Shown one piece after another: positions 16,700 to 23,774 of a stretch of DNA of 24,000 nucleotides; position 1 is the first letter of the stretch, and every line of letters begins with the position of its first letter. This DNA is from Spartobacteria bacterium UBA695 (lineage in GTDB: Bacteria; Verrucomicrobiota; Verrucomicrobiia; Chthoniobacterales; Chthoniobacteraceae). The stretch spans positions 276,702-300,701 of the forward strand of contig DBMP01000015.1 of assembly GCA_002298145.1 (NCBI GenBank), written 5' to 3'. The translations under genes were made by a program, and so were the position numbers. The notes beneath the pieces were generated by a model, which was not told the DNA's origin, searched no databases, and saw nothing but the letters and a program-made list of their open reading frames with translations.

Positions 16700-18085
16700 A
16701 TCATCGGCGCTCTCAGGAGCGTTATTGTACCAGTCCAGCCGCCGGGTAAAGAACATCACCGAGGCGACCGCCACAAACAACATCGCTGTACCAAATACCA
16801 TCGCGTAATCCTGCATTTGCGTCATCACATAAAAGGACGCCTGGAGAATGGCGAGGATCGCCGAAATGATAAGCGTCTTCCGGCCGCTCTTAAGCACCGA
16901 GAGCGAATACAGCGAAATCATCGCCCAGGCCGCAAACGAAGACACCGCATACGCCCTGCTGAAAGAGTAGAACTCCGATAGCGCGAGGATGCCGAGATAA
17001 AAGACGCAAATCGCCGCGCCAACCAGGATATATTGGAAGGGATGGATTCTGATTTTCGCTATCACCTCGAATAAAAAATAGGCCGTGAACATCAGTAGGA
17101 TAAAGAGCACCGCATACTTAACCGTCCGCTCGGTCTGACGATAGTTATCGACCGGCGCCTTTAATTTAACGCCAAACGTACTGGCAGAAAGGGACTCGAT
17201 GGGCTGGTTCTGCGTCCATTGCTGCGGGTAATTGCGGCCGTAATAGGAGAGATTCCATGACGCCGTAAAGCCCCCCGGCCGCACATCCCGCGACGAGGGC
17301 AGGAACTTCCCCTCAAAAGAGGGATCGGGCCAAAGCGAAGAGAGTCGCACCCTGGTTTCCGTGCCAAGGGGCGCAAAAGCCAGCGTTTCGCTACCGTTAA
17401 GCGAAAGCGGAAACGAAAATGGATAAGGCGCTGAAGACTGGCTCGTAGCGGCCAACCCTTTCACCGGCGCGTGGATACCGCTTGGAGCCCCCGGAATATC
17501 GCTACCGGGCAGGAACGTCGAGGTCCCGCTGCCAAATTGCAGAGGGATTTTCTCGCTCGCCCCGCGCAAATCGCTCACCCGCATGCATAATTGCGCCTCC
17601 TCCCAACGGACATCTTTCGGGTCGATCTTCAGCTCCGCGAGGCCGGAAAAATCGAACGTCCCGGAGATATCGAAACGCGCCTGATACACGACCGCCTCAT
17701 AGATTCCGCGGTGCAGCTTCTGGGGTTCCACCTTTCCAACAATCTCAAGATTACGCGGCAGCAGGAATGCATCGTCGATACTCGTCTTTTCCACCTCCAC
17801 CGTCTGCATTTTGCCGTCGATTTCCTTTTGCTGAGACACCTTTGTCCGCAGCACATACGGCACCTTAAGAATCGGGCCGATCAACTCCTGCGAAGTCCCC
17901 CACGTACCGTTGATCTCCCGAATCGCATCATTATGACGGGTCAACCGGTCATTCAACTGAGACTCGACCATCGAGAGCGGAATACACATCAGGAGCAACA
18001 AGAACCCGATGACAGCAAGCTTAAATAGAATCGAAAAGCGGCTTAAAAAGCGCTTCAAAACAGGGAGAAAGCCAGGGTCCGGCAT
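16688..18085 (-). CDS. creD: Cell envelope integrity / inner membrane protein CreD
   Basis: Clear similarity to E. coli CreD: WPDPSFEGKFLPSSRDVRPGGFTASW versus WPHPSFLGDFLPAKREVSESGFQAHW, and YRQTERTVKYAVLFILLMFTAYFLFEV versus YQLTDRATKYAILLIALTFMAFFVFET. The ORF track begins at 18175. I prefer the internal ATG at 18085 (MPDPGFLPVLKRF...) because the extra 30 aa look non-coding. Confidence 0.9.
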   Translation of the reverse strand: MPDPGFLPVLKRFLSRFSILFKLAVIGFLLLLMCIPLSMVESQLNDRLTRHNDAIREINGTWGTSQELIGPILKVPYVLRTKVSQQKEIDGKMQTVEVEKTSIDDAFLLPRNLEIVGKVEPQKLHRGIYEAVVYQARFDISGTFDFSGLAELKIDPKDVRWEEAQLCMRVSDLRGASEKIPLQFGSGTSTFLPGSDIPGAPSGIHAPVKGLAATSQSSAPYPFSFPLSLNGSETLAFAPLGTETRVRLSSLWPDPSFEGKFLPSSRDVRPGGFTASWNLSYYGRNYPQQWTQNQPIESLSASTFGVKLKAPVDNYRQTERTVKYAVLFILLMFTAYFLFEVIAKIRIHPFQYILVGAAICVFYLGILALSEFYSFSRAYAVSSFAAWAMISLYSLSVLKSGRKTLIISAILAILQASFYVMTQMQDYAMVFGTAMLFVAVASVMFFTRRLDWYNNAPESADDLSH

Positions 18086-18352
18086 GCCCGGCAGTTTCCC
18101 CCGGAAGCAAAGCCAAGGCAAGCCGCAAGATAACCCAACCCGAAGCCCCCGGGAACCGGAAGCCTCGCAGCCCACCCCAAAATTTCTGTTGCTTATTTCC
18201 CGAAAAGCCTCATGCTAGGGGGAATTGGATTTGATATTTGGATAGTTCGTTGCTCGGTAAATTGTCAGGTGGGTTCGCCCGGTGGTGATTTTGAGACCCG
18301 ATTCTCGGGAACGGCTTTGCAGCTTGTCGATTGAGACTCCACCACCATTACT

Positions 18353-18661
18353 ATGAAACTTTACGTCGGAAATCTTTCCTTCGATACCACCGAAAACGAC
18401 CTTCAGGATCTTTTCGCCCAATACGGCACCGTCTCTGAAGCCGCCCTGATGCAAGACCGCATGACCGGCCGCTCGCGCGGATTCGCGTTCGTGACGATGG
18501 GCAGCGCCTCGGAAGGCGAAGCCGCCATCAGCGCCCTTCACGGCAAACAAGTCCAAGGCCGCGCCCTTACGGTCAACGAAGCCCGCCCCCGCGAAGAACG
18601 TGGTGGGAACGGCGGCCGTTCGTTCTCCGGCGGCGGATCCCGCGGTGGTTCGCGCCGTTAA
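18353..18661 (+). CDS. RRM-type (RNP-1/RNP-2) RNA-binding protein with Gly/Arg-rich tail
   Basis: [10 protein letters not shown] (RNP-2) ... RGFAFVTM (RNP-1) ... C-terminal [20 protein letters not shown]. This is the classic bacterial Rbp architecture. Confidence 0.93.
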   Translation: MKLYVGNLSFDTTENDLQDLFAQYGTVSEAALMQDRMTGRSRGFAFVTMGSASEGEAAISALHGKQVQGRALTVNEARPREERGGNGGRSFSGGGSRGGSRR

Positions 18662-18678
18662 TTCAACGGATTTCAGTC

Positions 18679-18720
18679 GACCGGCCAGTCCTCGAAAGGG
18701 GGCTGGCCGGTCGTTGTTTC
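18679..18720 (+). terminator. Strong hairpin between the rbp gene and infA (possible terminator or attenuator)
   Basis: Perfect 10-bp stem GACCGGCCAG (18679-18688) / CTGGCCGGTC (18703-18712) with a 14-nt loop, followed by the U-rich GTTGTTTC. Confidence 0.5.
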
Positions 18721-18734
18721 AAAGCACTAATCTC

Positions 18735-18956
18735 ATGGCTGTAAACGATACCATACAAACTGAAGGCAAAATCAAAGCTGTACTGGCAGGCACGATGTTC
18801 CGGGTCGAACTGGCCAACGAACACCTCGTGCTCGCCCATATTTCCGGCAAAATGCGCAAGCGCTTCATCCGACTGACGCTGGGCGACCGGGTCAAACTCG
18901 AAATGTCGCCCTACGACCTCAACAAGGCGCGCATTGTTTATCGGTTACAGGGGTAA
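18735..18956 (+). CDS. infA: Translation initiation factor IF-1
   Basis: [73 protein letters not shown] aligns along its full length with E. coli InfA (..[46 protein letters not shown]). The ORF-track start at 18600 overlaps the rbp gene and is not credible. Confidence 0.95.
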   Translation: MAVNDTIQTEGKIKAVLAGTMFRVELANEHLVLAHISGKMRKRFIRLTLGDRVKLEMSPYDLNKARIVYRLQG

Positions 18957-18972
18957 TCGCCCCCTGTTTTTT
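18947..18972 (+). terminator. Rho-independent terminator of infA
   Basis: ACAGGGG (18947-18953) - 7-nt loop - CCCCTGT (18961-18967), followed by TTTTT. It overlaps the infA stop codon. Confidence 0.7.
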
Positions 18973-19608
18973 CATTGATCGCAAGTAGGTAGCATCTTCC
19001 TCCGTCTGTAAACGCGGGAAGAACTCCGGCGGATGGGTGCCGACGGATGGCTTTTTGTGGACAGCGTCCACAAAACAAAAACACCCAAATCAGAAAACCA
19101 GGGCCCGCAAGGGCCAACCCGCCAACGCCGAGGCGGGTCACGGCGTATCCTCTCGCAAAAAAAAACCAAGGCAACGGCAAAGACAGCCTGGTTTTTTAGG
19201 CCAATAACCGCGCCGCCCATCCTCCGGGCGCCCCCCCGCCGCCGCCGCATTCGCGTCGTGCGTATGCCCGCCGAACACATCGGCCTTTCCAAAGAATGCC
19301 CCGGATGCCTCAAGCGTTGGCATCTGCGATCCTCCTTCGGCAACAACTTGGAACCGGCCCAGAGCAAGGACATCAAAAAGCAGAGCCTCTTTTCCGTCAT
19401 CTGCTGCACCCAAAAAATGGAAAGCCTCGCATATAATGTTCCAGACCATTGAGCACGGATGGAAGCCCGGATTAGGGCCGAACGATATGCCCTACTGGAT
19501 GTGCTGCAATGGGAGATGGAGTTTAATAGATTGGAGCGGAATGCACCGTTTTGAGCAACAACGTTTCCGCAGTTGACTTTCCACCTTCAACATGAATCAC
19601 ATTAAAAC

Positions 19609-19929
19609 ATGCTAACACTTGTTATTAACGCTCCACGCTATCAGATCTCAAGGCGTTCGTTTTCAGAGACGATGGAAATAGGCATCGGAAATAACTACGC
19701 TCTTAATAGGAATATACTCGTACAGGCAAAGAAGGCTCACAATGTAATCTTGCTCGACAAAACCGCCAGAAAAAAGGCCACAGGCGTGATTGACAAGATA
19801 GTGGCGACAGGAAACATGACTCGAAGCGGGATTCCCAGATTTGATATTTACATGAAAAACCTAACCGCATGCGAGTATGCCTCCGAAAAACTTAACCGGA
19901 ATGGAGTTAATATTATTGCGGAGGAATGA
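19609..19929 (+). CDS. Hypothetical protein (106 aa) in the low-G+C region
   Basis: Only substantial ORF in this AT-richer stretch: MLTLVINAPRYQISRRSF...GVIDKIVATGNMTRSGIPRFDIYMKNL.... I recognise no family, and coding status is not proven. Confidence 0.4.
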   Translation: MLTLVINAPRYQISRRSFSETMEIGIGNNYALNRNILVQAKKAHNVILLDKTARKKATGVIDKIVATGNMTRSGIPRFDIYMKNLTACEYASEKLNRNGVNIIAEE

Positions 19930-20067
19930 CGCAGAACCCGTAATGCTTGAAAATCATCGTGGGGGCGGTGCCCATTTGGAGGGCGAGAGGAGTCGACGCT
20001 ATGGCGTAGGGCGTTGGTGGGCCAGTTTTCTAGGAGTTAGCGGGAGGCCCACTTTTCAGAATAGAAA

Positions 20068-20116
20068 AAATGGTGCGCGATACAGGGTTCGAACCTGTGA
20101 CCCCTACCGTGTCAAG
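20068..20116. repeat. 49-bp exact direct repeat = displaced 3' half of tRNA-Val (att-like site, distal copy)
   Basis: AAATGGTGCGCGATACAGGGTTCGAACCTGTGACCCCTACCGTGTCAAG is identical to 20940-20988. It covers the tRNA from the CCA end through the T-arm to the anticodon loop. 10 of the next 15 nt also match the tRNA, then similarity ends. Confidence 0.85.
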
Positions 20117-20154
20117 TTCGTACTCAATCGCATTTTACAGAGGAGTTTTTCGCC

Positions 20155-20179
20155 TGTGCTAAAAAGTGCTGTGCTAAAT
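20155..20179 (+). repeat. Two copies of TGTGCTAAA (20155-20163, 20170-20178) just inside the distal repeat
   Basis: Read directly: cgccTGTGCTAAAaagtgcTGTGCTAAAtaaacg. They have the same orientation as the pair at 20833-20876. Confidence 0.6.
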
Positions 20180-20298
20180 AAACGTTCTTTCCCTGCGGTT
20201 TCCCCCTCCTCAATTCGCACGGGTCGAAAAAGAAACGGTTGACGGTAACTGCTGCCCTTCTCAGAATTCCCGCCCATGTCAAAAACGAAAGTTGTGGT

Positions 20299-20790
20299 AT
20301 GAGTCGCAGACAACGACAATTCTTCGTTGGGTTGCTGTTTTTATTTGTTTCCGCCGCTTTCGGCTTCCATGAGTTGACCAAGCAGAAAGTGAAAGATTCT
20401 AGCGGTCTTTCTGTGGTCAGCGGCCAGATGAGTTCATATTCCTTCAAGGCCGGTTCGAGGGGGCATGTTTATTATTATATTCACCTCGTTGGGTATAAGG
20501 CCACATTTCAGATTCCCGCTGATTTTTTGGATTCTTTTTCACAAGATCGTTTTCAGTCGGATTTGAAGATTGGCGATTCCATTTCGATCTCAATTCCGAA
20601 GGGCAACGAAAACAGTCTGAGCGCAGATAAGCGGTTATTTATCTTTTCCGTTCAAACAAAAGAGGCGACTTACCTCGATGAGCACGATGCCCTCAGGATA
20701 TACAACAGCAATTTTCCAACGTGGGCGTCTATTGCGTTTTTCCTGTCTGGATCGGGTTTGATATTTTTGAGACCTACGCATACGCCATAA
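20299..20790 (+). CDS. Small two-TM membrane protein (163 aa), unknown function (DUF3592-like topology)
   Basis: I start at the internal ATG at 20299: MSRRQRQFFVGLLFLFVSAAFGF (TM1), then a beta-rich segment of about 110 aa, then PTWASIAFFLSGSGLIFL (TM2). Low G+C. It is the sole cargo between the att-like repeats. Confidence 0.6.
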   Translation: MSRRQRQFFVGLLFLFVSAAFGFHELTKQKVKDSSGLSVVSGQMSSYSFKAGSRGHVYYYIHLVGYKATFQIPADFLDSFSQDRFQSDLKIGDSISISIPKGNENSLSADKRLFIFSVQTKEATYLDEHDALRIYNSNFPTWASIAFFLSGSGLIFLRPTHTP

Positions 20791-20832
20791 AAATGGTGCT
20801 GCAGGCCAGCCGATGATCTGCGCTTAATTCGC

Positions 20833-20876
20833 TGTGCTAAACTCATCGGCTTCCCAGAGTAAATGGGTGTGCTAAA
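20833..20876 (+). repeat. Two copies of TGTGCTAAA (20833-20841, 20868-20876) just inside the tRNA-proximal repeat
   Basis: Read directly: cgcTGTGCTAAActcatcgg...aaatgggTGTGCTAAAtaggg. I did not see this 9-mer elsewhere in the window. Confidence 0.6.
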
Positions 20877-20939
20877 TAGGGAAACGGAGCTTTACGCAAT
20901 GCGGCCTCCCGCTCACGCAAGGCCCTCGGAATCAACAAG

Positions 20940-21017
<78 letters not shown>

Positions 21018-21077
21018 GTTCCTTTTGCCGCAAAGCGTTGCGGGGCGATAAAGCTCTTTGAAATGCCTCCGCTTTGC

Positions 21078-21099
21078 AAGCCGAAAAATCGGCTTTTTT
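21078..21099. terminator. Hairpin AAGCCGA-aaaa-TCGGCTT with a flanking T6/A6 run, between rnhA and tRNA-Val (possible bidirectional terminator)
   Basis: 7-bp stem read directly. The T-run lies on the + strand, and an A-run precedes the stem in the minus-strand sense. Assignment to a strand or gene is uncertain. Confidence 0.35.
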
Positions 21100-21109
21100 C
21101 CCGAAATTT

Positions 21110-21580
21110 TCAAACCCCTGCGCCAACAGGTACGCCCCTCCGCTCTTTCTTCACCCGGGCGATGGCTTCCCCGGCCAGGACGTCGCAGCGCTCGTTGTAG
21201 TGGTTGCCCGCGTGGCCTTTGACCCACCGCCAGACGATGCTGTGCCCCTGGACGGCGTCGTCGAGCGCCCGCCAGAGGTCGTCGTTCTTCACCGGCGTCT
21301 TCTGCCGGGTCTGCCAGCCGCGCGCTTTCCACCCCTTGATCCACTCTGTGATGCCCTTGCGCAGGTACTCGGAGTCGGTGAAAAACTCGATTTCGCACGG
21401 CTCCCGTAGCGCGCCCAGGCCCGCGATGGCCGCCTGGAGTTCCATTCGGTTGTTGGTCGTGGCAGGGTCGCCGCCGTTGAGTTCCTTGGTGCGGCCGTTC
21501 CATAACAGCACCGCGGCCCAACCGCCCGGGCCGGGGTTCCCGTGGCATCCGCCGTCGGTGTAGATGGTGACTTTTTTCAA
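21110..21580 (-). CDS. rnhA: Ribonuclease HI
   Basis: (M)[24 protein letters not shown]...[18 protein letters not shown]...[25 protein letters not shown]...[11 protein letters not shown]...[20 protein letters not shown] aligns with E. coli RnaseHI ([26 protein letters not shown]...). I use the TTG at 21580 as the start. The ORF-track ATG at 21730 adds 50 non-homologous residues and overlaps the divergent gene's upstream region. Confidence 0.88.
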   Translation of the reverse strand: MKKVTIYTDGGCHGNPGPGGWAAVLLWNGRTKELNGGDPATTNNRMELQAAIAGLGALREPCEIEFFTDSEYLRKGITEWIKGWKARGWQTRQKTPVKNDDLWRALDDAVQGHSIVWRWVKGHAGNHYNERCDVLAGEAIARVKKERRGVPVGAGV

Positions 21581-21760
21581 TGGGGAAATGGCGGGTTCGC
21601 TTTGGAGGTTTAGGGGAGGTGCAAGGATGGGGAGATGAGGGCGAAAGGGTGCCGCGCGGGGGGCGTTTTGTCCAGTTTGGAGCGTTTTTTCAGGGGAACC
21701 GGGCGATCTCTCACTTGCGATTTGGCCCACAGCAGCGAAGTTGCCGGGCTTTTTTCCATT

Positions 21761-22588
21761 ATGCCCCCATCCAGACTGCCCACCCTGCCCATGCTATCCC
21801 AATCTTCTGCGGACGTTTTTCTCTCGCCCTGCCAAAGACGCGCCTCTCTCGCGCACCGGCTACTCCCGGCCCTTGCGCTTTTGGCGGCGCTTTTTTTCTC
21901 AATGATCGCCAGGGGGGCCGACTGGAATGAACGGGTGCTGGCGGGGGTGGCTTCGATGCCCCGGGGCGGTGCCTATGCGGCGAACCGCGGGGCGCTGGAT
22001 CACCTCTCGCGCGCGGTGGAGGTCCGCGGGGGTGTGCTGACGGTAGAGCCCTCGGGGGCGACCCCGAGTTTCTGCTCGGAGGCGACGTACCTGGTTTTCC
22101 TAAAGGCCGTCGCGCCGCTGCGGCTCGACCCGGCGACGCTGGAGGCGCTGCGGGTAAGGGGGCAACTCGACGGCGACGGGATCTGGGGCCGGTGGAATGC
22201 CAATGGCCCGGGGACGGCGCGGCTTTTCCAGGAACTGGGCCTGGGGCGGAATTTCGAACGTTTCGAGGAGGCGCGGCCGGGGGATTTTATGAAGATTTTC
22301 TGGTCGCAGGAGGTGGGCCGCCATGAGCGCGGGCATTCGGTGATTTTCCTCGGTCTGGAGAAGCGCGAGGGGGTGGAGATGGTGCGCTTCTGGTCAAGCA
22401 ACGTGCCCGGCGGTTACGGGGAGAAGGCCGTTCCGCGCGCCCGGATCGCCTATGCCATTTTCTCACGCCTGGAGCACCCCGAGGCGCTGGAGAAGGCCTC
22501 GGCGCTGGCCCCGGTGTGCCCTTATCTTTCGCGGCTGGGCGGGACGCGCTCCTCCATCCGCGAGGCGCGCTCGATGGCGGGGCTCTAG
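21761..22588 (+). CDS. Secreted hypothetical protein with a Cys...His papain-like (NlpC/P60-type?) arrangement
   Basis: The start is placed at the ATG at 21761 (alternative 21791). The signal-like segment is [20 protein letters not shown]. The candidate catalytic Cys sits in [15 protein letters not shown] and the candidate His in [26 protein letters not shown], echoing the NlpC/P60 layouts DCSG... and GD..FF....H.G.Y.G. The function is inference only. Confidence 0.6.
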   Translation: MPPSRLPTLPMLSQSSADVFLSPCQRRASLAHRLLPALALLAALFFSMIARGADWNERVLAGVASMPRGGAYAANRGALDHLSRAVEVRGGVLTVEPSGATPSFCSEATYLVFLKAVAPLRLDPATLEALRVRGQLDGDGIWGRWNANGPGTARLFQELGLGRNFERFEEARPGDFMKIFWSQEVGRHERGHSVIFLGLEKREGVEMVRFWSSNVPGGYGEKAVPRARIAYAIFSRLEHPEALEKASALAPVCPYLSRLGGTRSSIREARSMAGL

Positions 22589-22724
22589 GTGTTGCGCCGC
22601 GGCGACAGGCCCCGGGAAAGCTTCCCTAAGTTAACTGTCAGACAACAAGCGGATGGATTTGGCTCCGCGAGAGTGGGACCTTGTGGGTTGATCAACCCTT
22701 CCACCCTCTCCGCTTAAACTCCCT

Positions 22725-23711
22725 ATGCCTCTTATCATCCATGGTGACTCTGTCCCCAACCTCCCCTGGCAGCCCAAACCGGCGGGTTGCCCCGACGTCA
22801 TTTGGCGCTACGATGCCAACCCGATCATCGACCGCCGCCCCCTGCCGCAGGCCACCGGGATCTACAACAGCGCCGTGGTCGCCTTCGAGGGGAAGTTCGT
22901 CGGCGTCTTTCGCACGGAATACAAAGACCGGATGCCGCACCTGCACGTGGGCTGGAGCGAGGACGGCCTGAGCTGGAGCTTCAGCCCCACGGAGATCGAG
23001 TTCATCTGCGCCGATGCCGAGATCGCCCAACGGGAATACGGCTACGATCCGCGCCTGACCCGCATCGGGGAGGACTACTACGTCACCTGGTGCAACGGCT
23101 ACCATGGGCCGACGATCGGCATCGCCCGCACGCGTGATTTCAAGACCTTCGAGCAACTCGAAAACGCCGTCCTGCCCTACAACCGCAACGGCGTCCTTTT
23201 TCCCCGCCAGATCAACGGCAAATACGCCATGCTCAGCCGCCCGAGCGACACGGGCCACACGCCCTTTGGCGATATTTTCTACAGCGAAAGCCCGGACCTG
23301 ACGTACTGGGGCAAGCACCGCCACGTCATGGCCAAGGGGCTCGCCTGGTGGCAGGACAAGAAGATCGGCGCGGGCCCCTCGCCCATCGAGACCAGCGAGG
23401 GCTGGCTGCTCTTTTACCACGGAGTGGCCGAAACCTGTAACGGCTTTGTCTACAGCACGGGGGCGGCGCTGCTCGATCTGGACCAGCCCTGGAAGGTGCT
23501 CTACCGCACCAACCAGGCGATCCTGATGCCGGAGGCTCCCTACGAGCTGACGGGCTTCGTGCCGAACGTCGTTTTCCCGGTGACGTCGCTTGTCGATGCC
23601 GCCACGGGGCGCGTGGCGCTTTATTGCGGCGCGGCTGACACAGTCACTTCGCTGGCGTTCTGCCAAGTGGAGGAACTGGTCGCTTTCATCAAGGCACACT
23701 CGCGCGTCTAG
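22725..23711 (+). CDS. Glycoside hydrolase family 130 protein (beta-1,4-mannoside phosphorylase-type glycosidase), cytoplasmic
   Basis: 328 aa. The blocks YDANPIIDRRPLPQATGIYNSAVVAFEGKFVGVFRTE, GWSEDGLSWSF, LPYNRNGVLFPRQINGKYAMLSRPSD and KIGAGPSPIETSEGWLLFYHGV are typical of GH130 five-bladed propeller enzymes. There is no signal peptide. The 358-aa minus ORF 22692..23768 is its shadow. Confidence 0.9.
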   Translation: MPLIIHGDSVPNLPWQPKPAGCPDVIWRYDANPIIDRRPLPQATGIYNSAVVAFEGKFVGVFRTEYKDRMPHLHVGWSEDGLSWSFSPTEIEFICADAEIAQREYGYDPRLTRIGEDYYVTWCNGYHGPTIGIARTRDFKTFEQLENAVLPYNRNGVLFPRQINGKYAMLSRPSDTGHTPFGDIFYSESPDLTYWGKHRHVMAKGLAWWQDKKIGAGPSPIETSEGWLLFYHGVAETCNGFVYSTGAALLDLDQPWKVLYRTNQAILMPEAPYELTGFVPNVVFPVTSLVDAATGRVALYCGAADTVTSLAFCQVEELVAFIKAHSRV

Positions 23712-23774
23712 GCCGCCGCCGCTGCAAGTTTGGCCGCCGCTGCGGCGTTGGGAGGGGGGCCCATCCATCCCGGA

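Larger units (their letters stand above)
20117..20939. mobile_element. 823-bp integrase-less insert bracketed by tRNA-Val-derived direct repeats (remnant or miniature integrative element)
   Basis: Flanked by the 49-bp repeats. G+C is low: hand counts are 29/60 at 20241-20300 and 25/60 at 20461-20520, against 43/60 at 13021-13080. It carries one membrane-protein ORF and two pairs of TGTGCTAAA near its ends. Confidence 0.5.

Noticed and set aside
18215-18556. 113-aa minus-strand ORF, and the 18600 start of the ORF that contains infA
   Set aside because: The first is antisense to the RRM protein gene. The second extends infA upstream over the rbp C-terminus with non-homologous sequence. IF-1 homology starts at the ATG at 18735.
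19138-19452. Competing small ORFs: minus 19138..19449 (MVWNIICEAFHFLGAADDG...GGHTHDAN...) and plus 19264..19452 (MPAEHIGLSKECPGCLKRW...)
   Set aside because: Unresolved, so not called.
- The minus frame has faint metallophosphoesterase-like echoes (FLGAADDG, GGHTHD). However, it reads straight through the 19157-19197 terminator hairpin and has lower third-position G+C.
- By my hand count the plus frame has the more host-like C-ending codon bias, but I recognise no family and see no obvious promoter or start context.
- Either could be a gene fragment. Homology search or expression data are needed.
20039-20913. 11-nt inverted match AGCGGGAGGCC (20039-20049) / GGCCTCCCGCT (20903-20913) near the two att-like repeats
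   Set aside because: The match is only 11 nt and does not extend. One copy lies outside and the other inside the repeat-bracketed segment, so they do not behave as terminal inverted repeats. Chance matches of this length are expected in 24 kb of G+C-rich DNA.
22692-23768. 358-aa minus-strand ORF
   Set aside because: Antisense shadow of the GH130 gene, which has unambiguous family motifs on the + strand.
23712-23774. GC-rich direct repeat GGCCGCCGC(C)GCTGC x2 after the GH130 stop, considered as a terminator
   Set aside because: The two copies are direct rather than inverted, I found no convincing stem, and there is no U-tract. It is probably just low-complexity GC-rich spacer.
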